Source of the DNA: the human T2T-CHM13v2.0 reference genome, Homo sapiens
Direction: 5' to 3' (one strand)
NCBI RefSeq assembly: GCF_009914755.1
Contig: NC_060935.1
Length of the DNA stretch: 64,000 nt
Position 1 is the first letter of the stretch. The number at the start of each line of letters is the position of its first letter. The notes beneath the pieces are model-generated. The model saw nothing but the letters and a program-made list of their open reading frames with translations. It searched no databases and was not told the origin of the DNA. Below, piece by piece: positions 1-13,080 of this stretch. The position numbers and the translations under genes are program-made.

Positions 1-167
1 CTGTAGTATTCTATTATGATAGCCAGAACAGATTAATACACCTGTCTTACTCTTTTTGTCCCTGTGTACCCTGGTGTCTTAGAGGAGAGGAGGATGAGTC
101 ATTCTGACTCTGGTGACCACCACAAATTAGTGTGGAAGGCAGAAATCCTGCCCATTGGTTTGCAGGG

Positions 168-320
168 CAGTGTTGCCTGGTGGTTAAGACATGAGCTGGG
201 CTCGTGGGAAGATTGATTTTCCTCTCCATGCCCAAGGATCCTTCTCTGTCAAATGGGAAGATAATTGTGCCATTGCTGTGGGACTGTAGTAAAGATAAGA
301 TTAAATAACAACACAGAGTC
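168..320 (+). mobile_element. MIR SINE fragment
   Basis: gtggttaagacatgagct start and MIR core ctctgtcaaatgggaagataat...gattaaataaca; boundaries approximate. Confidence 0.7.
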
Positions 321-2439
321 AACACTCAAAACAATGATATCCATCATGATTATTATTACTTTACTGGCCCTACCATGGATGCACAGTATGACCTTGAGCC
401 TGGTCTCTCCATGTGTAAATAATGAAGATAGACACTTCCCATCTTCCCAGCATAGTAAGAGTTTGAAAAGAAGCAAAGATAAGAAAGAGACAAGGAAGAA
501 CAATGCCTCGGACACCCAGGTTTGCTTCTATTATTACTATGATTACCATGATCATTGTTTGGCTCTTGTACTACTTCTATAGCTGAGTCCCACCCTGAGA
601 GTCCACCCTGTACTCTGGCCCTTGATCCTGCAGAAAGCTCTCAGGTATAATCGGGGAAGGTCAGATGGTGCCTGCTGCCTGCTTCTGCAGCCCTTAGCAC
701 TCACAAGAAACCCAGGCTTACCTGCACTGCCCAGCCTCCAGCAGTACAAACAGTAGTGGAGGGGAGGCCAAGAAAGCCAAGTGAGTTGCTCTCATACCTT
801 CCCACCCCCTTCCCTGCCTGGCCCTGGTCCCCTAACAATGGAGAGGGAACACTTTTATCTCTCTGATAATGTGAGATATATAAGATGGGCCGGAGATGAT
901 GGAGAGGGTACCAGGCACCCACAGAGCACAGCCACCATCCAAATGCAAGCTGCTTTGTTGGAAACTGAGTGATAAGTCTACCCTCTGCCTTCCCTGACCT
1001 CTCACGTAGTGTGCAAGGCCCTTCCTCAGCAGGGCTTGGGGAGAAGACAGTGGCCAGCAGCTGGCAGCCCTGAGAACCCTCCTGGGCACTTAGCCACTTG
1101 TGGCCCAGCCCTCGTCTCCTTTCCTGAAATCCCTCTGCCCATCCTGGCAGCTGAGGCACTATGCCAGCCCCACGCCCAGCAGGACGGGGCTTCTCAGACA
1201 TTTCCAGATGATTCATCAGCTGGAGGAACAGTCCAGAAGATGAGGCCTTTTGGGGTCCCATGTGTCCCTGAACCCTCAGGATTGAGATCTGGGCTGGCTT
1301 TGTCTCCAGCAGCCACTGACTTTCTCTCCTCATTCCTCCAGAATCTCTCACACCCAGAGGAAGGAGAGCATTCTCGCATTCACTGTGGCCAGGCCTGCTC
1401 ACCATCAAAGGCCTTCGCAAATCTCTCCTCCTCTTCCCCCTCCTCTCAAAAAAAAAATGTTGAGAGGACAATAAAGTCAGCAGATGACATGGGTATTAAT
1501 CCCAGGACTCTCACACGTGGAACCATTTAAAGAGCTGGTAAAGAAGCACACACGAGAAATGTTATTTCTGAATGGGGACAAAGCACTCAATCCTGCCAGG
1601 ATGAGTAGCCCCGTCCCCCCACAGCCCCCTGCCCTCACGGCTGTTTATGGTAAAACTTCATCACAAGATGCTATTAAGCTTGGCAGTTACTGTAAATGCT
1701 ACTGTTGCTGTTGACTTCCACAGCCCCAGGACATTTTATCCAAGACTGAGTGGCTTCCACAGAGAGACCCAAACTGCCACTTGTTTCTCTTCAGAAAGTA
1801 GAAGGTGCCCTAGAGAGAGATGTGAGCCATTCTTAGGCTGGGGAATGTCGGCTCCCTCCCTCCACTTTGTGGGCTGTAAGGACAACAATGAAGTCAGTGG
1901 GGCTGGTGGGAAAGATTCCAGGGCAGAAGGAAAAGCAGTTTGGCCATTACGAGAAAAGCCAGAGAGCCTCGTCCAACCACTTCCATCTGTCTTCCCAGCC
2001 ACCTTGATGAAGGGAGAGAAATAGCCTATTCTGGAATCTATAAATGAAAACTGGACTTAGGGCCAGTGTGAATCATTTGGGGTAGGGAGGTTACAGGACC
2101 CGTGCTTGCCTGAATAATTGCAACAAGACACAAGGACACACCTGAATTTGTCAGCTGCTCCACCACTTTTTCCTTCCCTTTCCTAAAGCAGCTACAACCT
2201 CTGGATATAAGCCACCGAGGGACTTGTTTAAAATTCTCTGTGATTAATTCATGGCATTTATCTTACTTTTATCTGAATTTGAGAGGGGAGAAAAGCTTTG
2301 GTGCCTTGCCCAACATCCCAGAGCAAAGCCTTTTTCATTGCCACATCTCTGGTGTCTGATGCCGTGCCCAATGCACAGACGTGTTCACTGACCACTGGTT
2401 GCCTGGATGCTGTTGATGCAAGTGACAGCCAGATGTGGA

Positions 2440-2665
2440 AACTGCAGTGGGCTTTCCACGAGGAAACCCCGCGGTCAAATCTCGGCTCCATCATTTGCTG
2501 GCTATGTAACTTTGAAGCATTTCATTTCTCTGAGACCCAATTTCCTCTTCTGTAATTTGGGGATAATAATACCTACATCATGAGGCCATTGGTCAGATTA
2601 AATGAAATAAAGATGTTAAAGTGCTTATCTCAGGGTCTGACACATCAATAAATCTTGTTGAATTT
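2440..2665 (+). mobile_element. MIR SINE
   Basis: Core ctctgagacccaatttcctcttctgtaatttggggataataatacctac...gattaaatgaaataa. Confidence 0.8.
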
Positions 2666-3729
2666 GAATCTAAGAGATCCAATACTGACCTCACCAAGCC
2701 CCATAGAGAAAGGCCCATACCTCTGAACTGGGCGCAATCAGCAACAGGGATTTTCTGCTACACCACCAGGGTCAGCTGCCTCTTCCTCCCAGCGTCTCTC
2801 AGCCACTGCATTCTATTTCCTTCCTCCCACTCCCCAGCTGATGTATGCTCAGGGAAAGCTTACGAATTTTAATTTCATCCTAAGTCAAACATCATTATGA
2901 AAGTTTCTAGATTCTAAAGCAAAGATCCCCAGCTTGACCTCAAAGAGAATCTACTGCTCATATCCCAAGGAGCTTAGGGTCACTCAAGTTAGGGACGGTA
3001 GGTGTCCAAACAGTCCAGATTCCTCAGTGTGGTGAAAACTGTGGCTGCTACTGTTACTCTTGAGCAGTGGAGAGGTCTTGTGTTCTGGAGGGTTCCAATG
3101 AAATAATTTGCCTAACTCTTCAAATTTGCTTAATCCTATTTTGGAGACTCCACACTGCTCCCATCTCAGAAGATCAATACTAACTGTAAACAGGGCAATA
3201 TTAGCAAACATATGTCTCAGTACTGAGTTAGTCTCTCCTTATCTTGTATCAGCTATTTGTACTGCAGATGTCAAATCACTGAGCTATTGTCCCGTCTACT
3301 GCAGAGTTACTCCAGAAGCCAAGGTTCCCCCTTGATACAGCAACAGTGATGGTGTTCTCATTAACTGAGCCAGGATCCCAACAGCATTCCCCTGCATGTT
3401 GGTGCCCTGCGACCTCCAATTCTGCTTTGGGAAACTGCACATTTAAATAAACATCCTGGATCTAATGCGTGGCTTTTCTCTTTGATAATGCTACTCAATA
3501 GATTAGAAGCTCAACAAGGGCAGAGATTTGCATCCAGTTCACTCATTGATATATGTCATGTGATTAGAATACTAGAATATTTCCTGGTACAAAGTAGGTG
3601 CTCAGTAAATATTTACTGATTAATGTCTTGCATTTTTCTCTAATCTCCTGGTTTTGTTCTACCTTTGAACACGGGTTCTTGTGCTTCCATCTCTGCAACA
3701 CTCAGTGTCTGGCTTTTTCCTGAAAGAGG

Positions 3730-4270
3730 GTGTATGGTAGAGTGGAGAGAACTTCACAGTCAGACAGATCTAGATTCAAATCTCAACTATACCACTTTAA
3801 AAAAAAAATTAAGTTCCAGGGTACATATGCGGGATGCACAGGTTTGTTACATAGGTAAACGTGTGCCATGATGGTTTGCTGCACCTATCAACCCATCACC
3901 TAGTATTAAGCCCAGCATGCATTAGCTATTTTTCCTGATGCTCTGCCTCTCCCCACCTCTCCAACAGGCCCCAGTGTGTGTTGTTCCCCTCCCTATGTCC
4001 ATGTGTTCTCATTGTTCAGCTCCCACATATGAGTGAGAACATGTGGTGTTTGGTTTTCTATTCCTGCCTTAGTATACCACTTTTAAGTGATGCTTATCTG
4101 AGCAACTTGCTTAGTTTTTCTTTTTCTTTTTTTTTTAATAGTGCTTCCTTATCCCTATCTCTGAAATGGGTATAATAACACCTATCCCACAAACTTGTTT
4201 AAAGGATTAAATTATGTACATAAAGTCCCTGGAAGAATTCCTCACACACAGATCAGGCTCAGCAAATAAA
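3730..4270 (+). mobile_element. MIR SINE interrupted by an L1PA insertion
   Basis: 5' part gtatggtagagtgg...agattcaaatctcaact at 3730-3790; core resumes after 4084 (ctctgaaatgggtataataacacc...ggattaaa). Confidence 0.75.
3799..4072 (-). mobile_element. L1PA (about L1PA7-10) 3' end, 5'-truncated, with TSD
   Basis: aagttccagggtacatatgcgggatgcacaggtttgttacataggtaaacgtgtgcc is the antisense L1 3'UTR; target-site duplication tataccacttt at 3788-3798 and 4073-4083. Confidence 0.92.
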
Positions 4271-4502
4271 ATATTATTTCACTCTCCACTTTCCCACAAA
4301 TAGGGGTGTTGTCAAGAGTCAATGGAAAACTTTAGTAATGCTCCTTGCATATTTATGTTGTCTAGTAAATGCTAGCTCCCTTTACTGTCCCTATGTTCAT
4401 TTAGTCATGAAAAAAAAAAAACAAAAAACATTCATTGAGCCCCACCATGTGCTGGGGATTCTAGGATGAACAGGCAAAGGCACTGCCCTCAGAGGCAGTG
4501 TG

Positions 4503-4799
<297 letters not shown>

Positions 4800-4909
4800 T
4801 CATGGTCTGGGGTGGTGGGAAGGCAGTTCTACAGAGAATTGAACACTAGAAAGGGGCAACAATAAAGAAACGTGCAGGGTGCTGTGGGGGCACGGAGGAA
4901 GATACTCAC

Positions 4910-5049
4910 CTTTGCTGACCATCTGACCCCGCTTGTGCATGAATTCCTGATCTGGCTCAGCCAGCCAGTGCCCAGCTCTGACTATTGCAGTGGTGCCAAT
5001 GTCAACAACAATCAGCTCTTTTGAGGTTTCAGATTCACAGGTCATAGAA
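4910..5049 (-). other. Candidate internal exon (140 nt) of a minus-strand transcript
   Basis: Acceptor tttattgtatag| at 5050-5051 and consensus donor AAG|gtgagt at 4909; non-repetitive sequence, one open frame (SMTCESETSKELIVVDIG...MVSK). Confidence 0.4.
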
Positions 5050-6117
5050 CTATACAATAAATATTAGATATGGAATTTTCCAAATCCCACTGATAGACCC
5101 TTCTAGTACATTGCTACCCACTTCTTCCCACTGCCATACCCAGTCCTTCAGCAGGTGTTGCTGCCAACTGTTCTCGGTCCTCTTCTACTCCTGGGATAGA
5201 CAGGAGATTTAATTTCTTTTTAAAAAGTCTCCAGTGTTATTTTGTGTGGAAAGGGAAAATAAACTAATACTTGCTATACTTTGTGCAGAGCACCTTCTGG
5301 GCATCTTACTTCTGGGCATCTTACTCCTTCAATTCTCACAGCAGCTCCGCCGGATACATAAGTATTGCACTACCCATTCTTCAGACATGGAAACTGAGAG
5401 TATACAATTCCTGTTTAAAGTTGGATACTGAGTTACAAAGCAAGTCTGGTCTGAACAGAAGCAGTTCATTACAGTTGTACAGGTCCAGTGGCCAAAGGCA
5501 CTCAACTGAGAGGTATATTAGGTGCTGAAATCCAATCTGTGCTCTGCTTACAAAGATGGGCACCTGGTAAGGGGCCACACCCCCCATTTATAATTATACC
5601 AGGGCACGGTCTGTTTGTGGTGCCATCATCCATCAGGCTGCATCTGCCTTTCTCTTCTTCAGACAAGGGTGCCATATGGGCTAGCAGCAGCCTCAGTTAG
5701 GAGCCAGATTTGCCCAACTCCAGAGTCCAAGCCCTTCCCACGAGGCCCTGCAGCCTCCCAACACTCCAGCATTTCACTTTACAGATGAGGAAACTGGGGA
5801 TTCCACTCACTAAACATTACCATGTGCCAATTCTTTTTATAATAACACTTCAAGAGAGAATATTCTTCACACTTACCACATAAGAAGACAAAGACTGGAA
5901 AGGGCTAAATGAATTGCCCTAAATAGTGTAAGTTTCAGAACAAGAATTTGAACTTAGATTTTTTTGGCCCTGAAGAATGAGCTCTTTCTATCATGCCGAG
6001 CTACCTCAAGAGGACAACTGCTGGCTCAGAGCCACAGAGCTACCTGGCAGCACAGCTGGGACTAGAACCTGGTCTCTGTCCAAATTCAGTGAGCAACTGT
6101 CATTGGCTGTTTGGGGA

Positions 6118-6600
6118 CAGTTCCGGTTAGCCATTGGTATGCTTAAAAAAGCCATCGCCAAACATAGTGACTTAAAACAAAAACAATTAGTAATTTTGTT
6201 CAAAAGCCTGCAATTTGGGCAGGGTTTGGTGACAATGGCTGCTGGTCTCTAATCCATGTGTCTTCAGCAGAGCTGGGGGGTCCACTTCTAAGATGGCTGT
6301 TACCTAGGAACTCAACTACTACCGTCATTCAGGGACCTGGAGTCCTCTCTATGTGGACCTCTCCACTGAAGTGGCTTGGGCTTCCTCACAACATGGCAAC
6401 CAGGTTCCAAGAACGAGTGTTCTAAAAAGACCTGCAAGGTTTCTTTTGATCCAGTCTTGGACATTCTAGACTGTCACTTCTGCTGCATTCTATTGGTTAA
6501 GAAAGTCACTAAGGCCAGCCAGGATTCAAGAGGAAGGGAATTAGACTCTACCTCTCACTAGGATGAATCGCCAATAATTTGCTGCAATCTTTAATTCACC
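6118..6600 (-). mobile_element. MLT1 (MaLR) LTR, old subfamily (K/L-like)
   Basis: catagtgacttaaaacaa...ctgcaatttgggcaggg...ggcttcctcacaacatggc...gattcaagaggaagggaattagactctacctct typical of antisense MLT1. Confidence 0.8.
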
Positions 6601-9600
6601 ATGGGGACCTTGGCTCTAGAGAAAGTTATTGACATTTTCCTAAAATAGACTTCATTTAGCTGTTGTGGCATCCAACTGCCCTCCTGTACAGATCATTCAA
6701 TGCCCAAGGGTACAGGTTGGGGTGAAGATTGGATAGGTCCCCTTCCCCCTGACCTGTAGTGAATGTGATAGCTAAAAGGAGCTGAGCTGATTCTGAGCCG
6801 GGAGCTTTAGGCCACATCACAGTCCTGGCTGCCCCTCACTAACAGAAAAAATTACCGGAGCGAAATCAGTCAGCACAGCATCTGGTCTGCATGAACTGGC
6901 TGACTCCAGCCAGGCCCTCGGCGCCTCACTGTCACAGGTATTAATTCCCCTGGACATGCATGCCAGAGAAAGCCAGGGTTGAAAAATACTAATAAATCCA
7001 TCTGAACACTGTGCTCTCTTGGGGCTTATCAGTATTTCAGTTCTAGTCACAAAAATAACATACTGTAAAAGACTGATTAGTCATCGGATAATTGAGTTCT
7101 TAAATGTCAAAAACAATATCGTATGAATATTCAACAGATCATGCTACTGAAACTTACCTGTTCCATCAACAATGACTAACATTTTTCCCCCATTGTTCTT
7201 TCCCAGAAATTATGTTAATATGACTTTTCTGAAGTGATGAATGTGGTTCTCTTTAAAACATATTGTCTTACAGGTTAATGCATAATGAGCTGGTTACAGG
7301 AAAACTGCTTGGGAGTCGTGCTGGATTTCATCTCTCTACATTAGCTTCACCTCCCGGTTCAGATAGAGGGAGCATCAGAGTAGAATTCCTTCCAGCAACA
7401 GATAGACTTCAGAGCTCTACTCTTTGAGAATTCTATTTATTTCATTTATTTATTTATTTATTTGTTGCTAGAGACCTGGAGAGATGTATTGTTTTCATGC
7501 AGCTTAAGTTGAAGCAGAGACCAAGGTTCAGCTTTTCTTGGAGGCTGGTGTATAACTTAATTCCACAGGAAGTTTGAGTTGGGTAGGATAAATGTATCTG
7601 TAGAAATCTATCTATGTTTTTCTGAACTCACATGTACACACACACACCTCTCCTATCAAGTGGGGATGTGGGGTATGCAGTTGTGGTTAGAAGAAATTTT
7701 ATGAGCCTGGAGTTCAGAAAGGAGTGATCTCCCCCAAGCAGATCCTGGTTTTTTGTTAGCCTGGCCTCAGCAGATGCTGCAACAGCTGGAGCCAGGAGCA
7801 GCTTGGTGGGGTGGGAGCTGATGTTAGGGTCAGCTCACAAGCCCTACAGTGTGTTGGGACCCTTGCTTTTGGTGGAAGCATCAGGATGTGCCAGGCACCC
7901 ACTGCTCCTCCAGCCGTACACTGTCTGCTCCTGAGGCTGTTCTACCTCTTTCCGGTCAGAAGCATGAGACCTTCTGACTGGCCGATCCCAGCCCCAGCCA
8001 AGCCCAATACAACTCGAATGTGCAGGGACAAAGATGCCTGTGACCCCTTCCTGGCTCACTGATTCAAGGATTTACAGCATGTCCAACATCTGTATCTAAC
8101 CCTGCTTCCTCCCCAGCCCTGTTCTAACCTTGTCGTGCCATCATCTACCTAAGCATCCTTCAAGAATTTCATCCTGTTTCTGGCCTTTCACTCCTATCTT
8201 TGGCAGTAGATCCTTTATGTCTCTCCCAGCCTTGCTGGCAGTCACCAAAACTTGCACAGATGCAAAAAATATTTTTGTTTTACAATAGTTCCTGACTCCA
8301 ACCATGTCTCCCCATCCCTGTCCAACTCCACATCTTCCCATGCTTCCATCCTATAGATCCCAGGTTCCCTGAATACAGCAGCACAAACATCTGCTCACAG
8401 AAAACAATTGAGAGCCCCTCCTTTCCCCTCCTGAGATTCTAGGAACTCAGAGAACCGAAAGAAGACACTAAAATATTTCCATCATTCCAGAGTTTCCTTC
8501 TGCCTTCTGCCTGGTTTTGCAGGCCCAGGCCTCACTTTCTGCATGGCTGGGCTCACCCATCAATGGCAGATAATAAACAGTCAGGTGGACCACAATGGTA
8601 GAGTGCTGACCTGGGCAGAGCTCTCAGACCTGGCATGAGGTGGAGATGGAAAAGCAACTCCACAGAGACCTTTCCTGCCCTGGAGAGACTTAGAAGATCA
8701 TTTTCCAAAACAAACAAACAAAAAGGCCACTGAGCAACCTAACAAGCAGACGGGGTCCTCCCGTCCCAGGGAAGGGTTAGGGCTCAGCTGCAACCCACAG
8801 GGCTGAAACCAACTGGAAACAGGCTGGGCAGCCACACTTGCCTGCCAAGTGCCAGCAACAGAGGGGTTGAATCTTCTTAAGCATGTTTTTAATTACTGCA
8901 AGAATATGTCATCCTAAGCGGCAGCATGGTTCTCAGTTACCCGCGTGCAGATTGATGCTCTCTGTATGAAGTGGTTAGCACAGACATTTAAAAACAATTA
9001 GGATCATGGTGAGGCAGCTCAGAAAGAGCTCGTTATGTAGGGGGATGGGGAAAGTCAGGCCATTATGCTCCCCAGATAACTAAGTTATTTGTACTTTTGA
9101 TGAGGAGGAGGGAGATGATTGGTTTCTTTAATATTTCCCTTTTGATGTCAGACAGGAGCTGTGGACACACACACACGCACACACAGACAACGTTGCCAGA
9201 TAACATGACAGATGCAATGTTAATGCTTTTCGGAGGCACTGGCAATGAGTGGGCCTAGAGAAAGGCAGCTAACTCTTTGGCAAAGTCTCTGATGCCTGTC
9301 GTGCCCAGCGGGCTGAGGGGGGACATGAAAGGGAGGCTGGGACCAAAAACAACTGGGTGGGGGCATGGATGAGCCCAGGACACTGATGGAGCCCTCCTGG
9401 GCAGAACCCACAGCAGGGGCCAGGACACCTGCCTCCGGAAAGTGGCCCCAGAGCCAAGAAAAGACCTGGAGGAGGGCCTCTTGGCGAACCAGGTGACACG
9501 GGCTTCACCTCCCTGTCTCATGTCCTGGCTGGTGCCAGATGTGAGGCTGAGCCCAGAGCATCTCTGATGGATGCCAGGTAGAGGAAGGGAAGGGAGCAGG

Positions 9601-9694
9601 GAGTGGGGCTTCTGACCAGTCTCCACAGGAAGCTCCTCTGTTCCTGCGAGCATCATCACACGAAGCCCCTGAAACCTCATTGGATCTCTCCTCA

Positions 9695-9713
9695 GTTTCC
9701 AGGGGGCAGCACT
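9695..9713 (+). promoter_or_regulatory. Putative CTCF motif
   Basis: tttccagggggcagcac matches the CTCF core CCAGGGGGCAG; motif match only. Confidence 0.3.
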
Positions 9714-9727
9714 TCAAATAACCTGCT

Positions 9728-10173
9728 TGCCATGGGTTGAATTACGTTCGCTAAAGACATGTTGAGGTCCTCATCCCCAGTACCTGAGAATATGAACTTA
9801 TTTGGAAATAGGGTCTTTGCAGATGTAATCAAGTTAAAACAAGGTCTTTTGGGTAAGTCCCTTCATCCAATATGCCGATGTCCTAATGAGAAGCAGAGAA
9901 TGCCGTGCACTAACAGAGACTCCAGGTGAGGACAGAGGCAGAGATGGGGGCCATGCAGCTGCCAGCCAACAAGCACCATGGCGAGGACTGCCGGCCACAG
10001 CCAGAAGCTGGAAGAGGCTAGGAAGGATACACCCCGAGTCTCAGAGGGACCATGGCCCTGCTGGCAACTTGATTCCTGACTTCTACCTCCAGAATGTCCA
10101 GAGGGAAAAAATCCTGTTGTGTTCAAGCCGCCCAGTTTGTAGAACTTTGTTAGAGCCATGAGAAACTAATAGA
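9728..10173 (+). mobile_element. MLT1C-like MaLR solo LTR
   Basis: tgccatgggttgaatt...ttatttggaaatagggtctttgcagatgtaatcaagtta...gaaactaataga; near-identical 5-bp TSD ctgct/ctgcc. Confidence 0.92.
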
Positions 10174-10469
10174 CTGCCCAACACCAATCCTTACTATCAT
10201 CTGCCCATGGAGAGGCCTCTGAAGCCAGGGTTTCTATGCATTCCTCACTTTGTTCCTACACAGATTCACTTATGCATACATTTTTAGGGAGAGTATGCCA
10301 GGAGATGCAGTTGGAAAGGCCTGGGAAGCAGTGAGGAGCCTTAGAGAACAGGCTGTGGCTGGGTCTGGCTGGGAAGTCACGAAAGCCACTGCCCCAGTCA
10401 GCTCCCCTCCCAGCCTTCTCATGCTTTCTCCCTCACGCGGTTCCCTGAGGCCTTATCACATCATGGGAA

Positions 10470-10640
10470 GAACATGGGCCTTGGGGTCGGTCCCATCTAA
10501 ATTTAAAACCTGGTTTCATTAGTTCTACTAGCTGTGTAACCTTACTCAGCCTCTCGGAGACTTTTTTCTCACCTGCAGATTGGGGGCTGTTGGGAAAATT
10601 AAATATTACATAATATGCAGCAATTGTACTGGCAATTATA
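10470..10640 (+). mobile_element. MIR SINE
   Basis: actagctgtgtaaccttactcagcctctcggagac...acctgcagattgggg...aattaaat. Confidence 0.65.
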
Positions 10641-12559
10641 CTAGTATGAGTAGTAATCATGTGATGTGAGTCTCTGCGGCACCAATGCTTTCTTCGCAGA
10701 TGAGAACTTACTTAACTCCTACAAAGATCTTCTGAGTGACACCTTTCCTAGCGTCTGTGCCATAGGCCAATGGCTGGTAAATTCTTTCTGATCATGGCTT
10801 GGTGAAACCTCTCAGCCAATCTTCCCGTTTGCTGGTAATGTTTAAAATGGTGCCCCCAAATTTCAGGTACTTTAGGAACATGAAAGAATTGTTCTCTAAT
10901 AATGCCAAAAATATTATTGCAGTTAATGGGAAGAATGGTACTATTTTAAATAAACATGAGTGAAAATGTGCATTTTCGACTCAGCTATTGTTGTATAAAT
11001 GAGTTGTGGACTGTGGTTCTAGATTTACTTCCAGAAAGACTCCCTTAAAGCCCCAGGCCGGAGCAGAGAAGCCACAGACAGGGCACTAAACTAATCTATA
11101 GGTGGAGACTGAAGCAAGATGAAGCTCCTGCTCCATCCCCATGGATAGGTCCACACCTCAGATATGCCCAGTGGTCAGCCCAGCTATTTTCAGGCAATCA
11201 AGAAGTTGGGACTATTTTTGACCGCTGATGATTTCATAATTTGCAGAGATGTTGATATCTCCATATGCCGCCTCAGAGTGTGATTGTCTCACAACAAGCA
11301 TGAGAGAATCGCACCTCGGCAAGGAGTTCAGTAAATTCATCTGTGAAACATATTTCAATTCCAAAGGCAATTTTCTAATTAGAAAGGACACACAAAGCCT
11401 TCGCAATCTGTGAGCAGTTCTCTCAGCGGAGCTTGGTCCTGGGCTAAACCAAGCCTGAATATGAGTCACCAAGTGCCTTGCTAGTCCAAGACACGGGCTC
11501 CCCAAAACCCCAGGACCTTGGTTTGAAATGGAGTTGGGGCTCAAGGTCAGTCAGGCACCAGGACCTCCCCCGCTACCAGGACCATTTCCTTACAGACTGG
11601 CCCGGAAGCTACATGGACTTAGTAGGCAGGAGAGTCTTCACCCATTCAGCATTTATTTACTGACGATGTGCCAAGGGTATGACCAAGAAAGACATGATTC
11701 TTGCCATTCTGGGGCATACACAGGCACAGGGACACAGCCAAGAGAGCTGGGCCCTATTTCTAAAGGGAATTTGGAGCATTTGACAGAACAGGCAGACAGG
11801 GTACAGAAAAGGGCACCTCATGATGTAGCTCACCTTAGTAGGAGCCTTCCATTAAATCACATCCCACCTGGCGTCTCAGCCTGGCACCGAGGTCATTGAA
11901 AGTGGTCATTGTGAGGAGGAAGAGCTGATGCGGGGAGAGGAGACACCCAGGCTGCAGAAGCAGCAGCATCCCCATCTGTAAGCAGCGAGCGTGAATGCTC
12001 AGTCTGTCTTTCTTGATAGACTTGACTTTTAATCTCAACTTTACCCCTAACTCAATAGTCTTTACCATCTCCCCTTCCTGGTTCTCAGCTTCCCCCTCTC
12101 TGAACTAAGAAGAATCCTTCCCCACTCTTTCCAATGATCCATCAAGGTTGTAAAAGCCAGTGAGATTCTGAATGGACATGTGTTCAAGCTCTAAAGAAAT
12201 CCCAAGAAGCGTCACCTGCAACCAATCAATCATTAAAAAAAAAAAAAAAAATCTCCACAGGAAGCAGCACAGAGCTCCCAGGCGCTCCTGAGTTGCTTCC
12301 CTCGCTCTGTTGAATAGGGGTTTGCACCTTCGGAGCACCCTTCCTCTCTCTCCTTTACATCTCATTTCATTCCGGTCTCCTCTCCCCCAGGCCACACTCT
12401 CACTGATCCCAGAGTCCTGTGCCCCTCTTCAGCTCCAGCCGCCATCATCAGAAGCCTTGGGCATTTGTTTTCTCACTGCACGGGGCTGCACACTGATACA
12501 TTTGTACCACAGGAAGCAGAAAACTAGTTTAACATCTCATTTATTTCATAGATGAGAAA

Positions 12560-13080
12560 GTAATTCCCTGCTGAATGATTGTCCCGAACCAACAATTCAG
12601 AGAGGAGGAATTTACAGTGCTGGCAAGGACCGGGGTGCATTACTGTAGCGCCGTTATATAACGGAGCTGGAACCTTTTTTTCTCTCTCCTGTTGGCCTAA
12701 AGAGAAAAGCCATTAAATATGATTAAGGTTAAGAGATTGCTAAAATTACAAACAGCCGCCATTCAATTATTTTGCTCTATAAAATGCAACACAGATTGGA
12801 GTTATTTCTCTGAAATGTGTTTTTAGAAAATAACATAACACAACTAATGTGGTTTGATCTAGCAAATCAGGTTTCAGATATCATTTCTAATGCAAAGCTA
12901 AAAGGTTCATAATTTAACTTAAAGTTTGTAACTTAAAGTCGTCAGATGCTTTCTTTATAGAAAAGCTTTATAAAGAGAAAAAAATCAATACCATCCCAAA
13001 TAATATTCTGAAGTCATCTGCAGCCAGAGATTCAATCAATTTTATCGCCCATTAAAGGGATAGACAGAAAAAAAATTTTA
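12560..13080. promoter_or_regulatory. Putative conserved non-coding element / developmental enhancer
   Basis: Repeat-free AT-rich block with multiple TAAT/ATTA motifs, retained CpGs and a 14-bp perfect palindrome; conservation is inferred, not measured. Confidence 0.45.

Noticed and set aside
701-1471. Longest ORF (256 aa, minus) and overlapping plus-strand ORFs
   Set aside because: No recognisable domain, low-complexity composition and multiple frames open at once in GC-richer DNA; consistent with chance
4960-5015. Peptide LIVVDIGTTAIVRAG resembles the phosphate-1 loop of actin/FGGY-type ATPases
   Set aside because: Only about 12 residues of loose similarity; the flanking sequence shows no continuation of the fold
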